Positions 41,101 to 52,600 of a stretch of 64,000 nucleotides of DNA are shown one piece after another; position 1 is the first letter of the stretch, and the number at the start of each line of letters is the position of its first letter. The position numbers were made by a program, and so were the translations under genes. This DNA is from Fimbriosthenelais zetlandica. Lineage: Eukaryota. The DNA is taken from the NCBI GenBank assembly GCA_977030845.1, contig OZ365109.1, forward strand, positions 46,066,001 to 46,130,000, read 5' to 3'. The notes under the pieces are model-generated. The model did not search any database and was not told where the DNA came from. It saw only the letters and a program-made list of their open reading frames with translations.

Positions 41101-44100
41101 GTCCCCGGTTCAATTCCCCATGCATTCTTCATATTTGCCATTGCCCGAATTGCTCCTCGCAGTGCTACAAACTGGTATATCATTCAAAGGCCAGCCATGT
41201 CTCCCACTGTCTATTGATGTTGTTCGAGATGAGTAGACCATTGTGTGCCGACAGCGTGTTTCCCCCCGTCCTGAGATATCTGAAAGACTTGTGACTGGGT
41301 GTTAAACGATCTACAAACAAACTTTGGTGAATATTTTATTTGATTATTCGTGGTTTTCAGGTCATGCAGCTTGTGTCATTGTTCGGGCCACTCATCGTAG
41401 CTGGTATCGTATCTGCCACCTTGTCTTCTGCCCTGGCTAGCCTTGTATCAGCTCCCAAAGTGTTTCAGGTATGCAGAAATCTACAGCCATATTGTCAATT
41501 CGTGTTATAAGTATCGAGGTTGAATTGTATGAGAAGAATTAGTCATCTTAGGCCTATTTCTTTTTTATAAAAAGTAATATTTATAATTGTATTAAAAGGT
41601 ACAAGTAAGTTGTTTCTGTTTGCCCCAACTTCAATGCAAATGTCATTTGTGTTGTATAGTCAGATTTGAATGATAAACGTATACATATTGGTGTGAATAT
41701 TTATTTTTTACTCAACTTTATACATCTTGCTTATAGGCTGTCTGTAAGGACAAGATATTCCCCGGTATCCACGTGTTTGCGAAAGGATATGGAAAAGGGG
41801 AAGAACCACGGAGGGCTTATATTCTTGCATTTTTCATTGGAATGGCATTTATTTGTATAGGTGAGTCAGTTCAATGGTAAATCACTAGCCCTAAACATAT
41901 CCTCAAAATCCTGATCACATAGGCTTCTGCTGTATATGCATGAGAAATCCAACAGAAGTTAATAATACAAAAGTAAGGTATCAAAGATAGTTTTAGTATG
42001 GAAATGGTTATACGGTGTACATGTATATGATATAATATTATACTCAAAGTGGATCCTTCACTTCTGGAAGATGTATTTACACTTACGACCCGATGAGACT
42101 ACATGTATTTGTGTATGAAGATGCCCAGTAGGATGTTGTGACAGTTTGATTAAACGACGTGCATGTTTTGAAAGTGCTAAAATATATTTTTGTGACATTT
42201 ATAACTGAATTCATTGTTACAGGTGACCTGAATACCATTGCTCCACTCATCTCCAACTTCTTCCTCATGTCCTACACACTCATTAACTATTCATGCTTCG
42301 ATGCTTCCCTTGCCAAATCACCAGGTGAGACAAATTTCTTACCTAACGGATAGTAATGCCACAATAGCTTACAGTTCTCATTGTTCTTATCTACATACCT
42401 GTAAAATTGGAGTAATGGGTTGGTTTTCATTGAAAAACAAAAGAACCCAAATTCAGAAATTAAAGAAAATATATTAAATCTGTTCTAGGAATAGCAAGCT
42501 ACAGTTTCCAATATGTCCATAAAATTAAAGCTGCTCTATCACTGATATCTGGTGAGCATTAAACGTCTGACTATCTATGTCAGTTTGACATATAGATTTG
42601 GACATTGTGACCCCGATTCCATGTTGGGAATTGCACCTAAATGACTTGAGAAAGTTCCAATCACATAACTTATAAGCAGCTGCCAATATCAGGGACAGGG
42701 GAGTTGGGCGAGGACTCGCAGAACCTGAATTGAAAGCAGATAGCATGGATATTGCCATACTACTTAGGATTCCTCACGTTTCGAAACTGTTCCCAATGCA
42801 ACCATTAGGAGCAGATTTTAAACTACAATCTGACTTGGCACAAGCTAAAGATTGGTGATATTTTGTTGTTTTTGCTTGTTTCTAGGTTGGCGTCCTGCCT
42901 TTAGATATTACTCTATGTGGATCAGTTTGGTGGGAGCCGTCCTGTGTTTTGGTATCATGTTTGTCATCAACTGGTGGGCAGCGCTTGTGACTTTTGGTTT
43001 AGTTTCTGCTCTTTACATCTACGTCCACTACAGGAAACCAGGTAATCCATTACTCTATTTAACAGCATTGCGAAAAACATTCCTGTACTCTCAGACAAAA
43101 GATGGATATATGATATTCAGTGTTGTAAGGGGCCCTGCACAAGTTGGCCCATCTGTATATATACATGTATATTCAATAATTGTTTTTGTGAATTTACAAT
43201 ATTTTTCTGAACTCCCTTTACGTGAAATCCTATTTTCTTTATGCAGATATTAATTGGGGCTCGTCCACCCAAGCCCATGTCTATCGAAATGCTCTCCAGT
43301 CCACTATGAAACTTGTCACAGTCATGGAACACGTGAAGAACTTCAGGTGAAGAATCATTTAATTTACCTGATTATTAATTTACTGGATAAGTCTCCATAT
43401 ATACATGTAGCCAGCAATAATTTGTAGTTAAATCGACTAAGGTCAGAACTTCCTAGGAAAATAACGTTAAACCAAGTGTTTGGCATCCCTTTAATTTTAG
43501 ATTAGATGCATCACATTCAAATGTATCACATTCAGTCTCATAGTAAATGGACAATTTGTGATTCGAGTCCTAAAAATCATTTGTGATCCGTTTTCAGTAC
43601 ATGATCGTGTGTGGGGGTTGCATATTTATTTATTTTAACTTATGCAATCTTATAGTATGGGTGTCAGTTACATGTTTCAAGGGTCTAAATACAATATTAA
43701 GAATGTAGGCGTACGCTTTTTTGATACTACTACCGGTAGTTATTTGACAGAAAGAAGACCTATTATACATTACTGTTGACACTCGGATTTCAGACCTCAA
43801 GTGTTGGTGTTGACCGGATTCCCCTGTGATAGGCCTTCTCTCGTGTACTTCGCCTCGAACATAACCAAAAATATCAGCTTGATGGTCTGTGGACACATTA
43901 TACAGGTAAATAATTTATTTATTTATTTAGCAACGATCCTAATATATTAAATATTTAGTATATAATTTAGACTGTCATTAAGATTATCTTAAACATTTCA
44001 GGGAATTCGGCTATATAGTATTGCTTTGTGAAAATTTATCAAATATAAAAATAGAACTCGCATCTCATTTAGAATAGAATGTTCTTCTGGATATCAATTC

Positions 44101-47100
44101 CGTAGAATTCAAATGAATAATTTATCTTTATATTACAGGATGACACCAACTCGGATAATCTAAAGGACTTGAGAAAAACCAGTAAACTGGGTTCTGAATG
44201 GCTCGTTAAAAGGAAAGTCAAGTCATTTTATAACGTGATCGCTAGCCCCAACTTCCGGCTTGGGGCACAGGCTTTATTACAGGTATGCCCAGTTATTATA
44301 TCATGTCTCCCTGGTATTTGCTATGAAGAAACTTTTGATAGAATGCCAAACTTATTTAAATTTATTGAGTTTTTATAAAATGTTATGTTCTTTAATCAGT
44401 GCATAGGAACATTAATACAAAAGGTCGAACAAAGTGTATATTATTCCCCCGATAGAATATAATCTTGCCATAATATCATTATGTTTTGTCTTTTAACAAC
44501 CTTTCCAGTGTGTCGGCACAGGGAAGCTGCGACCTAACACCCTCCTCCTCGGTTTTAAAGCTAATTGGAAAGAAGCAGACTCAAATGAGATGGAAGACTA
44601 TGTCAACGTAATCCAGTGAGTAAAATGATAGAACCACTTTCTCCTAATACGATTAGGCTGTTCTGGGTCAAGTAACGAATAATACTTTCCTTTATGAAAT
44701 GGCTTTACTCGTTTAAAAAATCCATCGTCTCGGGGGGAATTGGCCGGGAGTCGGGGGGGGGGGGGGGATGGCCTGTCACCATCTCCATACATACACTAGA
44801 ATATTATTTATAAGAAGATAATTTCTACAGTTTTTTTTCCATTTCAGTGATGCCTTTGACTTGAGATACGGTGTAGGCATCCTACGACTAAAGGAGGGCT
44901 TGGACCACACGCACATCACCAGCACGCTGGCTTCAGCAGCCGATGAAAGTAAGTTTCCAAACCATTTCTTTTAAATGTTTTCAGGAGAAAATAATCTCGC
45001 CAAACTTTCCTATCTAATCAGGCTTAGGGATACAGAGCTTGCTTCTTTCCATTTAAGAAATTATTCTTACTTATATGGATTTTAGCTAAAAAGTGGTATA
45101 GCAATATATTGATTCCACGTCGCTTGTATGAAGCCTTATTCGATGGCTTTTATTTTTTCGAAAACATATATATGTTATTGCTTGACGGATTTTAGCAATC
45201 GGACAGTGGCTTACTTATTATTCCTCATATGGTCATATCTCGGATACATACTTCAATCCCATTCAATACAGGGTTCCCAGTCATCCTGGAAAATGGGGAA
45301 ATCAGGAGAAATTTGCTACCTGTTTCCAGTATGAATTTGAAAATAATCATCTTAAGAATGTCTAAGATAAAGGAATTTTGTTTCAATGAAATACTGGGAA
45401 CCCTGCTAATGCTTGCTTAGAAATTACTGCATTGATTGTTAACCTGTATTATGTTTACATGTATACCTAAAAATAGATGTGTCAATCTAGTATGGCTTTG
45501 CTTTTAATCACTGTCAAAGAGGCTATAGGTACGCTTTTTAACGTTTATTTTACTAGTCTCCACTAATTTGAATGCCAGAACTGTTATATTTACCCATATT
45601 AGAGTTCCACGGGGAACGCTTAGCTCCACTGACTGAATGACTAATACATGTACTGGTAGATCACTAACAATCTTCTTTGTTATGTCATGAGTGTTTCTTT
45701 CTTTTCAGTTCAGGTGATAGTCTTTGTCCAAGTTCAGACCCTTGAAAGGAATATTGCATTTCCTTCTCAATTTACATAATTTTGTTTTATAACCCCCAAA
45801 CCTTTCAGGCATATATTATAGAGTTATTGCACTTTGAAATTGCTCGTTGAAAATTGGTTCATAAAACTTTAAGGGAGTTAGGGGTTGCTTGATTTGCATC
45901 ACTAGAAATGTATACAAGAATAAGAAAATTTAAAAAGATCTGTACTTAGATGACATACATGTAAATATTTTTGATATTCGACAAAGTTTACACAGGGACA
46001 TTCTGACTTGGTGCAGCTTTTCATGAACGTAACTTGCTGTATGTATTACAAGTTTCGAGAAATGCCACTGAATTTAAGGCACCCAAAGGTTCTTTTTTGT
46101 GAAACAACTCCCGTTGAGATCTATTTGATCCACTCTCATTCCTTACATCGGGTCTGAACTTCAACATATTCTTTTAGTTTTTCCGTAACATTTATAACTA
46201 CATGTAACCACGAGAGAGTGCATCATTAGAGAGTGCAATCATCTAACCATTCACTCCTACTTGTCTTAGTTTATAGTCTGGGCAGTAGTGGTATGCTTTT
46301 GCCCTGTGAAATACCATTCGCCATGTCCCGAAGTCCCTCCGCTATCTACTCACCCACAACAGCCAACACACCACTCTCACCACTAACGCCAGGTAACCAG
46401 ACTGTGGATAGAACAAAAAAGCGACAGATAAATCACTATCTCAGCACCAGAAAAAGCGTATATAACGAAACAAATACTCTCTCTCGCCTTTTCACTCTTC
46501 GACCTTCAAATGACACCCTTGAATTATTAGTGGTAGAAGACACGAGTGGTTTGTGTTTCAAAGACCTCCATCAAATGTTGGAAGTTAACTTATGTTCATG
46601 TTTGAATTTGGCTTCATTTTTTTTAGTTTTAATGTTTGGCGTTTGGCGTTTTTGTTTATTTTTCATGGGAAAGAGTGAAAGAAATCAAAATCATCCATCG
46701 TCATCATGGGATATATAAAGTAGAACATAATACTGTTTTTTTTAATTTTATTATTATGCAGTCGATGGAATAGAATTCAGTATTGAAATTAATTCATTGA
46801 AATTAATGCAACATACATCCCAATGTTCTCCTTGTTACACCCAAGAAAATATATAATCTATCCACCCTGTCCGGTCCAATGAAACACTGAAGTGGCGAAC
46901 ACTCCTTGCTTGGCATTGTGCAGCTTGCATTGTGCACTATATTGGTGCAAGTCAGTGAACGTGGAATTGTTTGCTATGGACTAAAGGTCCATAAATTACG
47001 CAGGTTATGTTTGTGTGAGATCGTATTGTATAATGGTTAATCGTGCTTTTTGTTTAGCTCGCCTGCACTGCAATGTTGGCAACCTTGCCTATGAACATAT

Positions 47101-50100
47101 TGATGGTCGAAAATCCCAACTTACAGATCTTTGAGAACAAAATCAATCAATGAATCAGTAAAATCTAACAAAGTGTGTGGCAATATTGTACATCAAGAAG
47201 AATATATTATCTTATATTTCCACACTATTCCATGGTTTTAATATTTTAACTCATTTGCTACATGTATAAAGATTTGGATTTTTGATTCTCATAGATATAC
47301 ATTGGGAAGTACTGTATGTGAGGTAGAAATACCTATGCCTTGCATACATCATAATTGCAAGAGTTAATTTTTAATTAAACCGTACTGGAACCTAAGGTTT
47401 AACCATCATTCATTGATTAGGCCTATCAGTATAGTATCATATGAAATTATTGTAATTATTGCAATTATTTCCCCCCGTATGTAGGAGAGATAAAATGTAC
47501 CTTGTGGTAATATACTTAGGCACGGATATATGACATTGACTTTTGCCATTGACGTGAAAGGCTGAATGCCTTGACTGCACTGGGATGAACCTTTCACGTA
47601 GCATTACCATAGCTATTGACCTTTTACTCTTACGATATTGCGTTGGGAATGCACATACATAGAGACTACCCTTCAACTCCTCCAATATAATGATCTATCT
47701 GAGTAGTCTAGAGTAGTCTTGATTTTTTTCTCATTTCCTAATAAAATGATATCCAAGATGAGCTAAGTTTTTATCTCGTTGTAAGAAGATATTTTTAAAC
47801 TTGGAATTCTATTTTGTGCACTAAACTGTATTGATTCTGTCCTTTTATCAAGAAATTATGGACAGGAAAATATTTTTTCGTGTAGAAAAAAACTCTGCAT
47901 ACCTTGATTTCAATTGAGGAATGTAAAAAAATGTTTCAAATGTGTTAACTCTGCCCCCATACCTGATAATGATGCACTGACCTGAATATAAGCATTGCTG
48001 TATATGCCATTTATAGCTTTTCTCTGGAGCCTCTCTAAGCTGGCCTTGCGCGCAGTTGGTCAGTAACCGTGCCATATTTCTTCCAAACTTCCAATTATTA
48101 CTCCATCTTTCTCTATATTATTACTCTAATAATTCCCCATACCGCATGTTGTGAGTTCTAGCTTCGCTTGTTGTGATGGATCTACGACTAGCATCACTAC
48201 TAGACTTGGACCGTGTTTCTTCAATTGACAAATTGGTTGACATGCTGTGTAGCCTTGAAGTAATATCAGAATATTTGATCGATATATTATTCTCATCTGT
48301 GATTTAGATTACGACTGTGTATGTACTTGTGTGAGAAGATATAATACTAGCTTGTAGTACTTGGATCACTGCCTTTCTTAAGCCCTATTTTGTCCGAATT
48401 TTTTCCTCTCAATCTCAGTATTTTTCTCTGACTGACAGAAACGTACTTTGATACCTTTAACCTTAATGCTAACCAGAGCAGTACCTTTAATTGTGTGACC
48501 ATCGGATATGGTTGCAATTGATTGAAATCGATTTCTTTACGCTCACGGTAGCGTATATATAATCTCTATAAAATCATGAATTCGTCATGAGTTGCTTCTA
48601 AATGGAATGAAAAGACGTTTCTTTTGTTGCTATTGCTTATAATGTATTTGTCTGAGGAGAATAGTTCAAATTTTATTCAGAAATTTTCTCATAGTTAATG
48701 GGGGCATTTCACATGCAATTTTGAATGAAATTTATATAAGTGGCCTACATTGCTTAAAATACTTAGTATTAATAGTACTTAGTAAGAAAACTGAGTGGAT
48801 AAACGCCCACACACTTTGCAGAAGTTTATAAAATATTTTAATGAAAATTTATACTAGGCAGATATGAAAAATCTTTGGTATTCTTAATGGAATGTCAATT
48901 CACTTGTCCGAACTATTGGGAAAAGTAAATTTCCTGTATGGAATAGCTTCTTCAAATCCATTTCCTAGTCTTATAATGGGATCAGTTCTGCACCCATCTC
49001 TGGAACAGGTTTGGAAATTGGTCTCACAGAAGAAAATCTATGTAAACATGCTATTCTAAGATTACTGCACTTTATGGCTTGAGCTGCTCGTCCGATGCCA
49101 GGCGGATCTGAGTGGGGGAGAACTAGCTAAGACCAGTTCAACCTCGCTACTGCTGCCTTAAGGCCTGATTCCACTGATCCCATCATTCATAGAATAACAA
49201 TCGAATTTCACCTTTTCTAAACTTACCTAGTACTGTGAACTTCTTCAGTTACCTTCAATAACTAATTGTTGAAATTTGGGATGGGCTTTGTCTTGGAAGA
49301 TACGTGATAACAACTTGGATCCAACAAAGTTCCAAAGACAACATACTGTAGATTTAATTGTACATGTATGTTACTGACTTCAGGGCAGTGGAGCAGAGAT
49401 GAATTATAGTTATAGCACTCTGTACAAGATAAAAATGGAGTTCTTGAACATCTTTTGGTTTGTAAGTTATTTGATGGGTATTCCATTTAGTGTATCCAGA
49501 TCTTTCTCCCATTTGGTTGTTCTATATGGAGCCTCATTCGCTATTAATAGTATTATTAATGCCTTTCTCCGCAAGAGACTAGTTTTTAATCTCAATCTTT
49601 TAATGAGATTTTGATTTTTAATCGTGTATTTATTAAAAGCAAAGTCCATTGACTTATTCGGAAATTTGCAACTGATGGACTACCTAAAAGTTTAATCAAA
49701 CTGATACAAATCTGATTAAAATTTCCCTTGATATGAATTAAAGTTGGATGATTATCCATTAATTTTAAGTAGCTATCGCATAAAAGTTATCAATAACATT
49801 ATATCGTATCTTCAGGATTGAAAATTGTCACTATTGACAAAAAGACATCTTGTGTGGGTCTTGACTTTATATCATAAATAACTTCAATAAAATTAATTGT
49901 GAATAGATATGCCTAAGGTACAGCCTATCTTTAATAGTAATAATGACCGAGATAAATGAAAAAGTTTATGGGGGTGGGGTGCTACCATTTCGATAAATAA
50001 CTGGTCTAAAAAATTGAGCCGTTTTTCCTGTTTAGCATTTTGGATCGTTTTCTTCTTTTCTTGACTCATTGACTTTCATGGCATGTATCTCAGATGTATA

Positions 50101-52600
50101 AATCAGTTTGAATTTTGTCAAAGATTTATCTAGCTCAAAACGCGAGTGTTCATTTTTTGGGTTCGATATAAGTTAGATGATATAGTTCGCTTCATCTTGG
50201 GAAGTGTGCTTTCACAAAGTATCACTCCTCTTCACTCATCACTATTCTCTGACTTTGTTCTAGGAAGTTAATGTTTGTTGTTTGGTGCTAGCTTTTTTAC
50301 ATTGAACTATAGTTTTTATTTATCAAATTATCATTGATGAAATCTTCTCGGAATTATTTCTGCAAATATGATAATTATAAATTGAATATTTATCAGTTCT
50401 TGTTCAGTTCGTGAATTACATTCTTACCATGTATTCAATTTCAAATTAGTAGTTATGCAAAAATATGCTAGCAAAGATATACCCTAGTTCTTTTAATGGG
50501 AAGTAATATCACTCCGACCGAGTTATAAGGCTTGAGTGTCATTCATTGATATTTAGTTCTGTCATGCTTTTTCCTGAATATAGTCCTTGGGGCAAATTGA
50601 AGCGAGGTATAAAGAATTTTTGTGTACAGTTTTATATAACCAGTCGTACTTCAATTCATCATTAACCTCTGCTATTACATAGAAATGTTAAATATATAAA
50701 AGCAATATTGATCTTCCTGTGTATTGTTGATTATCAAAATAATTTTGGTCATGTTTCTGTTTGATCAGTGAGCACCGCTGAAGATTTCTCACCGTTGACT
50801 CCGCCCGATTCGGACGTGATCCCGGAGGACGACCGCTTACGATCATCAGCAGGACCGAGCTCCATGGAGGAAGGCACGGGCGTACCGAGAGAACTCCAGG
50901 TCCACCATCATTCTAAACACATCAACAAAGACGTGCTGAAAAACATCAACCGCTTCAATCGTAAACAGAAGAAGGGAACCATTGACGTATGGTGGTTGTT
51001 TGACGATGGTGGCTTGACGCTTCTCATCCCTTACATTCTCTCTACCAAGTCTTACTGGTCTAACTGTAAACTCAGAGTCTTCACAGCAGGATCGAAGAAA
51101 GGAGAGCTAGACAGAGATAAAAGACAGTGAGTATGACTGTAACATCTCAGGTGTGCCGACAGCGCGTTTGCTTCTTGATAAAATGCCGATTGAACTTGAG
51201 ACAGATCATCTGTAATATCTTGGACTAATCCCAAGGGAATGTTAGAGAAGGTTTTCATGTGTTAAGTTTTAGTTGCCCAGGTGCTTGATGAACTGGTTTT
51301 CCCCAGAAATGTGGTTCACTATTGGGATAAAGAACGGTTGCCCGCAATCAATATTTTTGTTATCCTGCAGATAAGGCAGATGTTTTACAGGGGTACCCAA
51401 CTCGTGTATGGCCCTGGGTGTGATTTGTTTTATGCTACTTTTCCGCTTAATTTTATGTTACGGGTGCGTTGGCAATCATAAGCAATATGTCAATTTGCGC
51501 AGTTTTACCCCTTGTCTAGAATGTTTATTCTACTTAGATTGATGAAAGAAGAGTGATGTTACTCGGATTATACATTTTTAGTATCGATTATTAGTATTAG
51601 CATCTGAAGGCATAGACCATGAACAGTGTTTCAGAGGTATAGATTCAGAAACAAAGGTGTAATTTGATGTTTGTCTTTCAGCATGGCCACGCTACTGAGC
51701 AAGTTCCGTATTGAATATTCATCTATGACCATTATTCCTGACATTCAAAAAAGACCTACTGAAGAGAGGTAAATATTGTCAACTAAAAAATTGTATTTCC
51801 TCATTTTCTTTTAACACGATTTTAAAGGAATATAGCAAGAGTTCTATCAAACTACTTTTTCCTTTTGCAGCCAAAAAGAATTCAAGACATTGATAAAAGA
51901 TTTAATGCTCAAACCGGGTGAAGAAAGTAGCGATTATCCATGGAAAATTTCTGATTCAGAACTAAGTACCCAGAAAGAAAAGGTAAGTAATTCATCTTGA
52001 GGTATTTAGACGTAATGTTAATTCATTCATTCTTCTATACACGTAGGAATTCATGAAGGCTGAATGGTTTTCTCATATTTCTGCAGTCATACATTTAAAT
52101 ACTGTCAATTTTTCTTTCAACAGACCAACCGCCATATGCGGTTACGAGAGCTCCTTAAGCAACATTCACAAGATGCTGGTCTCATAGTCATGTAAGTAGC
52201 CTTCCTATGTTTGTAGACAAAATAACAAAATATAATTTAATGATTTGGGGAGTTTCAGTTGCTTAGGACTCCAGCACTGACTTTATAGTGTACCTTGTAA
52301 AACCTAAGCTCTGTTTTTCCCAGATGTTCCCAGCCTAGAAATACCCAACCTAGAATCTGGGCCAAACCTTGCCAATTCAGGTCAAACTGACATAGATAAT
52401 CAGCAATCACAGATCGGTGATAGAGGACCTTTAAATTGACAATCTATCTGGTGAATGTTTTCAGGACGCTACCCATGCCCAGGAAGGGTCTCTGCTCCTC
52501 TGGTCTCTACATGGCCTGGTTAGAAACGTTATCCAATGATATGCCGCCCATTCTTCTGTTGCGAGGAAACCAAGAGAGTGTGCTCACCTATTACTCCTAG
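23192..52600 (+). CDS. SLC12A2: Na-K-2Cl cotransporter NKCC (SLC12A2/SLC12A1-like), 22 exons, 1152 aa (1193 aa with the candidate cassette exon)
   Basis: Exons 23192-23743, 36188-36322, 36471-36642, 37725-37864, 39325-39435, 39728-39839, 40053-40180, 40465-40758, 41361-41468, 41737-41860, 42223-42324, 42886-43041, 43247-43346, 43794-43905, 44139-44282, 44509-44615, 44848-44948, 50769-51126, 51682-51768, 51871-51982, 52124-52191 and 52465-52600. All junctions are GT-AG and the frame is 3459 nt. Motifs: RFKV SPAK/OSR1 dock, TFGHNT phospho-Thr cluster, [56 protein letters not shown]-terminal [12 protein letters not shown]. Both K+ and Na+ site residues are present, favouring NKCC over NCC or KCC. 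Confidence 0.96.
26175..26315. repeat. (CT)n-rich microsatellite
   Basis: Interrupted CT/CCCT runs are directly visible. Confidence 0.9.
27530..27640. repeat. Poly-C / C-rich low-complexity tract
   Basis: A run of about 20 C inside CT-rich sequence. Confidence 0.9.
27938..28016. repeat. (GAGT)n/(GA)n microsatellite
   Basis: Repeated GAGT/GTGA units followed by GAGAGA. Confidence 0.85.
40221..40306. repeat. 27-bp minisatellite, about 3.2 copies
   Basis: GATATTCTTTCAGTGGACTAATAT(G/C)TT repeated head-to-tail with no spacers. Confidence 0.95.
41061..41322 (+). mobile_element. tRNA-derived SINE in an NKCC intron
   Basis: A-box-like TGGCTCAGGTG (41067-41077), B-box GGTTCAATTCC (41107-41117), a non-tRNA body with GTGCCGACAGCGTGT, and a tail GACTGGGTGTTAAAC...CAAACAAAC. 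Confidence 0.65.
46270..46392 (+). CDS. Candidate alternatively spliced NKCC cassette exon (41 codons)
   Basis: Acceptor ttgtcttag, donor CCAG|gtaacc, 123 nt, phase 1-1 matching both flanking exons, no stop codon. Encodes (I)[40 protein letters not shown]. Confidence 0.6.

Noticed and set aside
41469-44288. GTATGC donors (41469, 44283) as U12-type introns
   Set aside because: They do not match the U12 consensus GTATCCTT. All modelled introns look like U2-type GT-AG.
45709-45713. Possible 5-nt microexon (ttttcag|TTCAG|gtgata) in NKCC
   Set aside because: Not frame-preserving, and no neighbouring exon has a compatible phase.
49061-49160. GC-rich stretch as an alternative terminal NKCC exon
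   Set aside because: The acceptor is weak, the peptide is unrecognisable and there is no further support.
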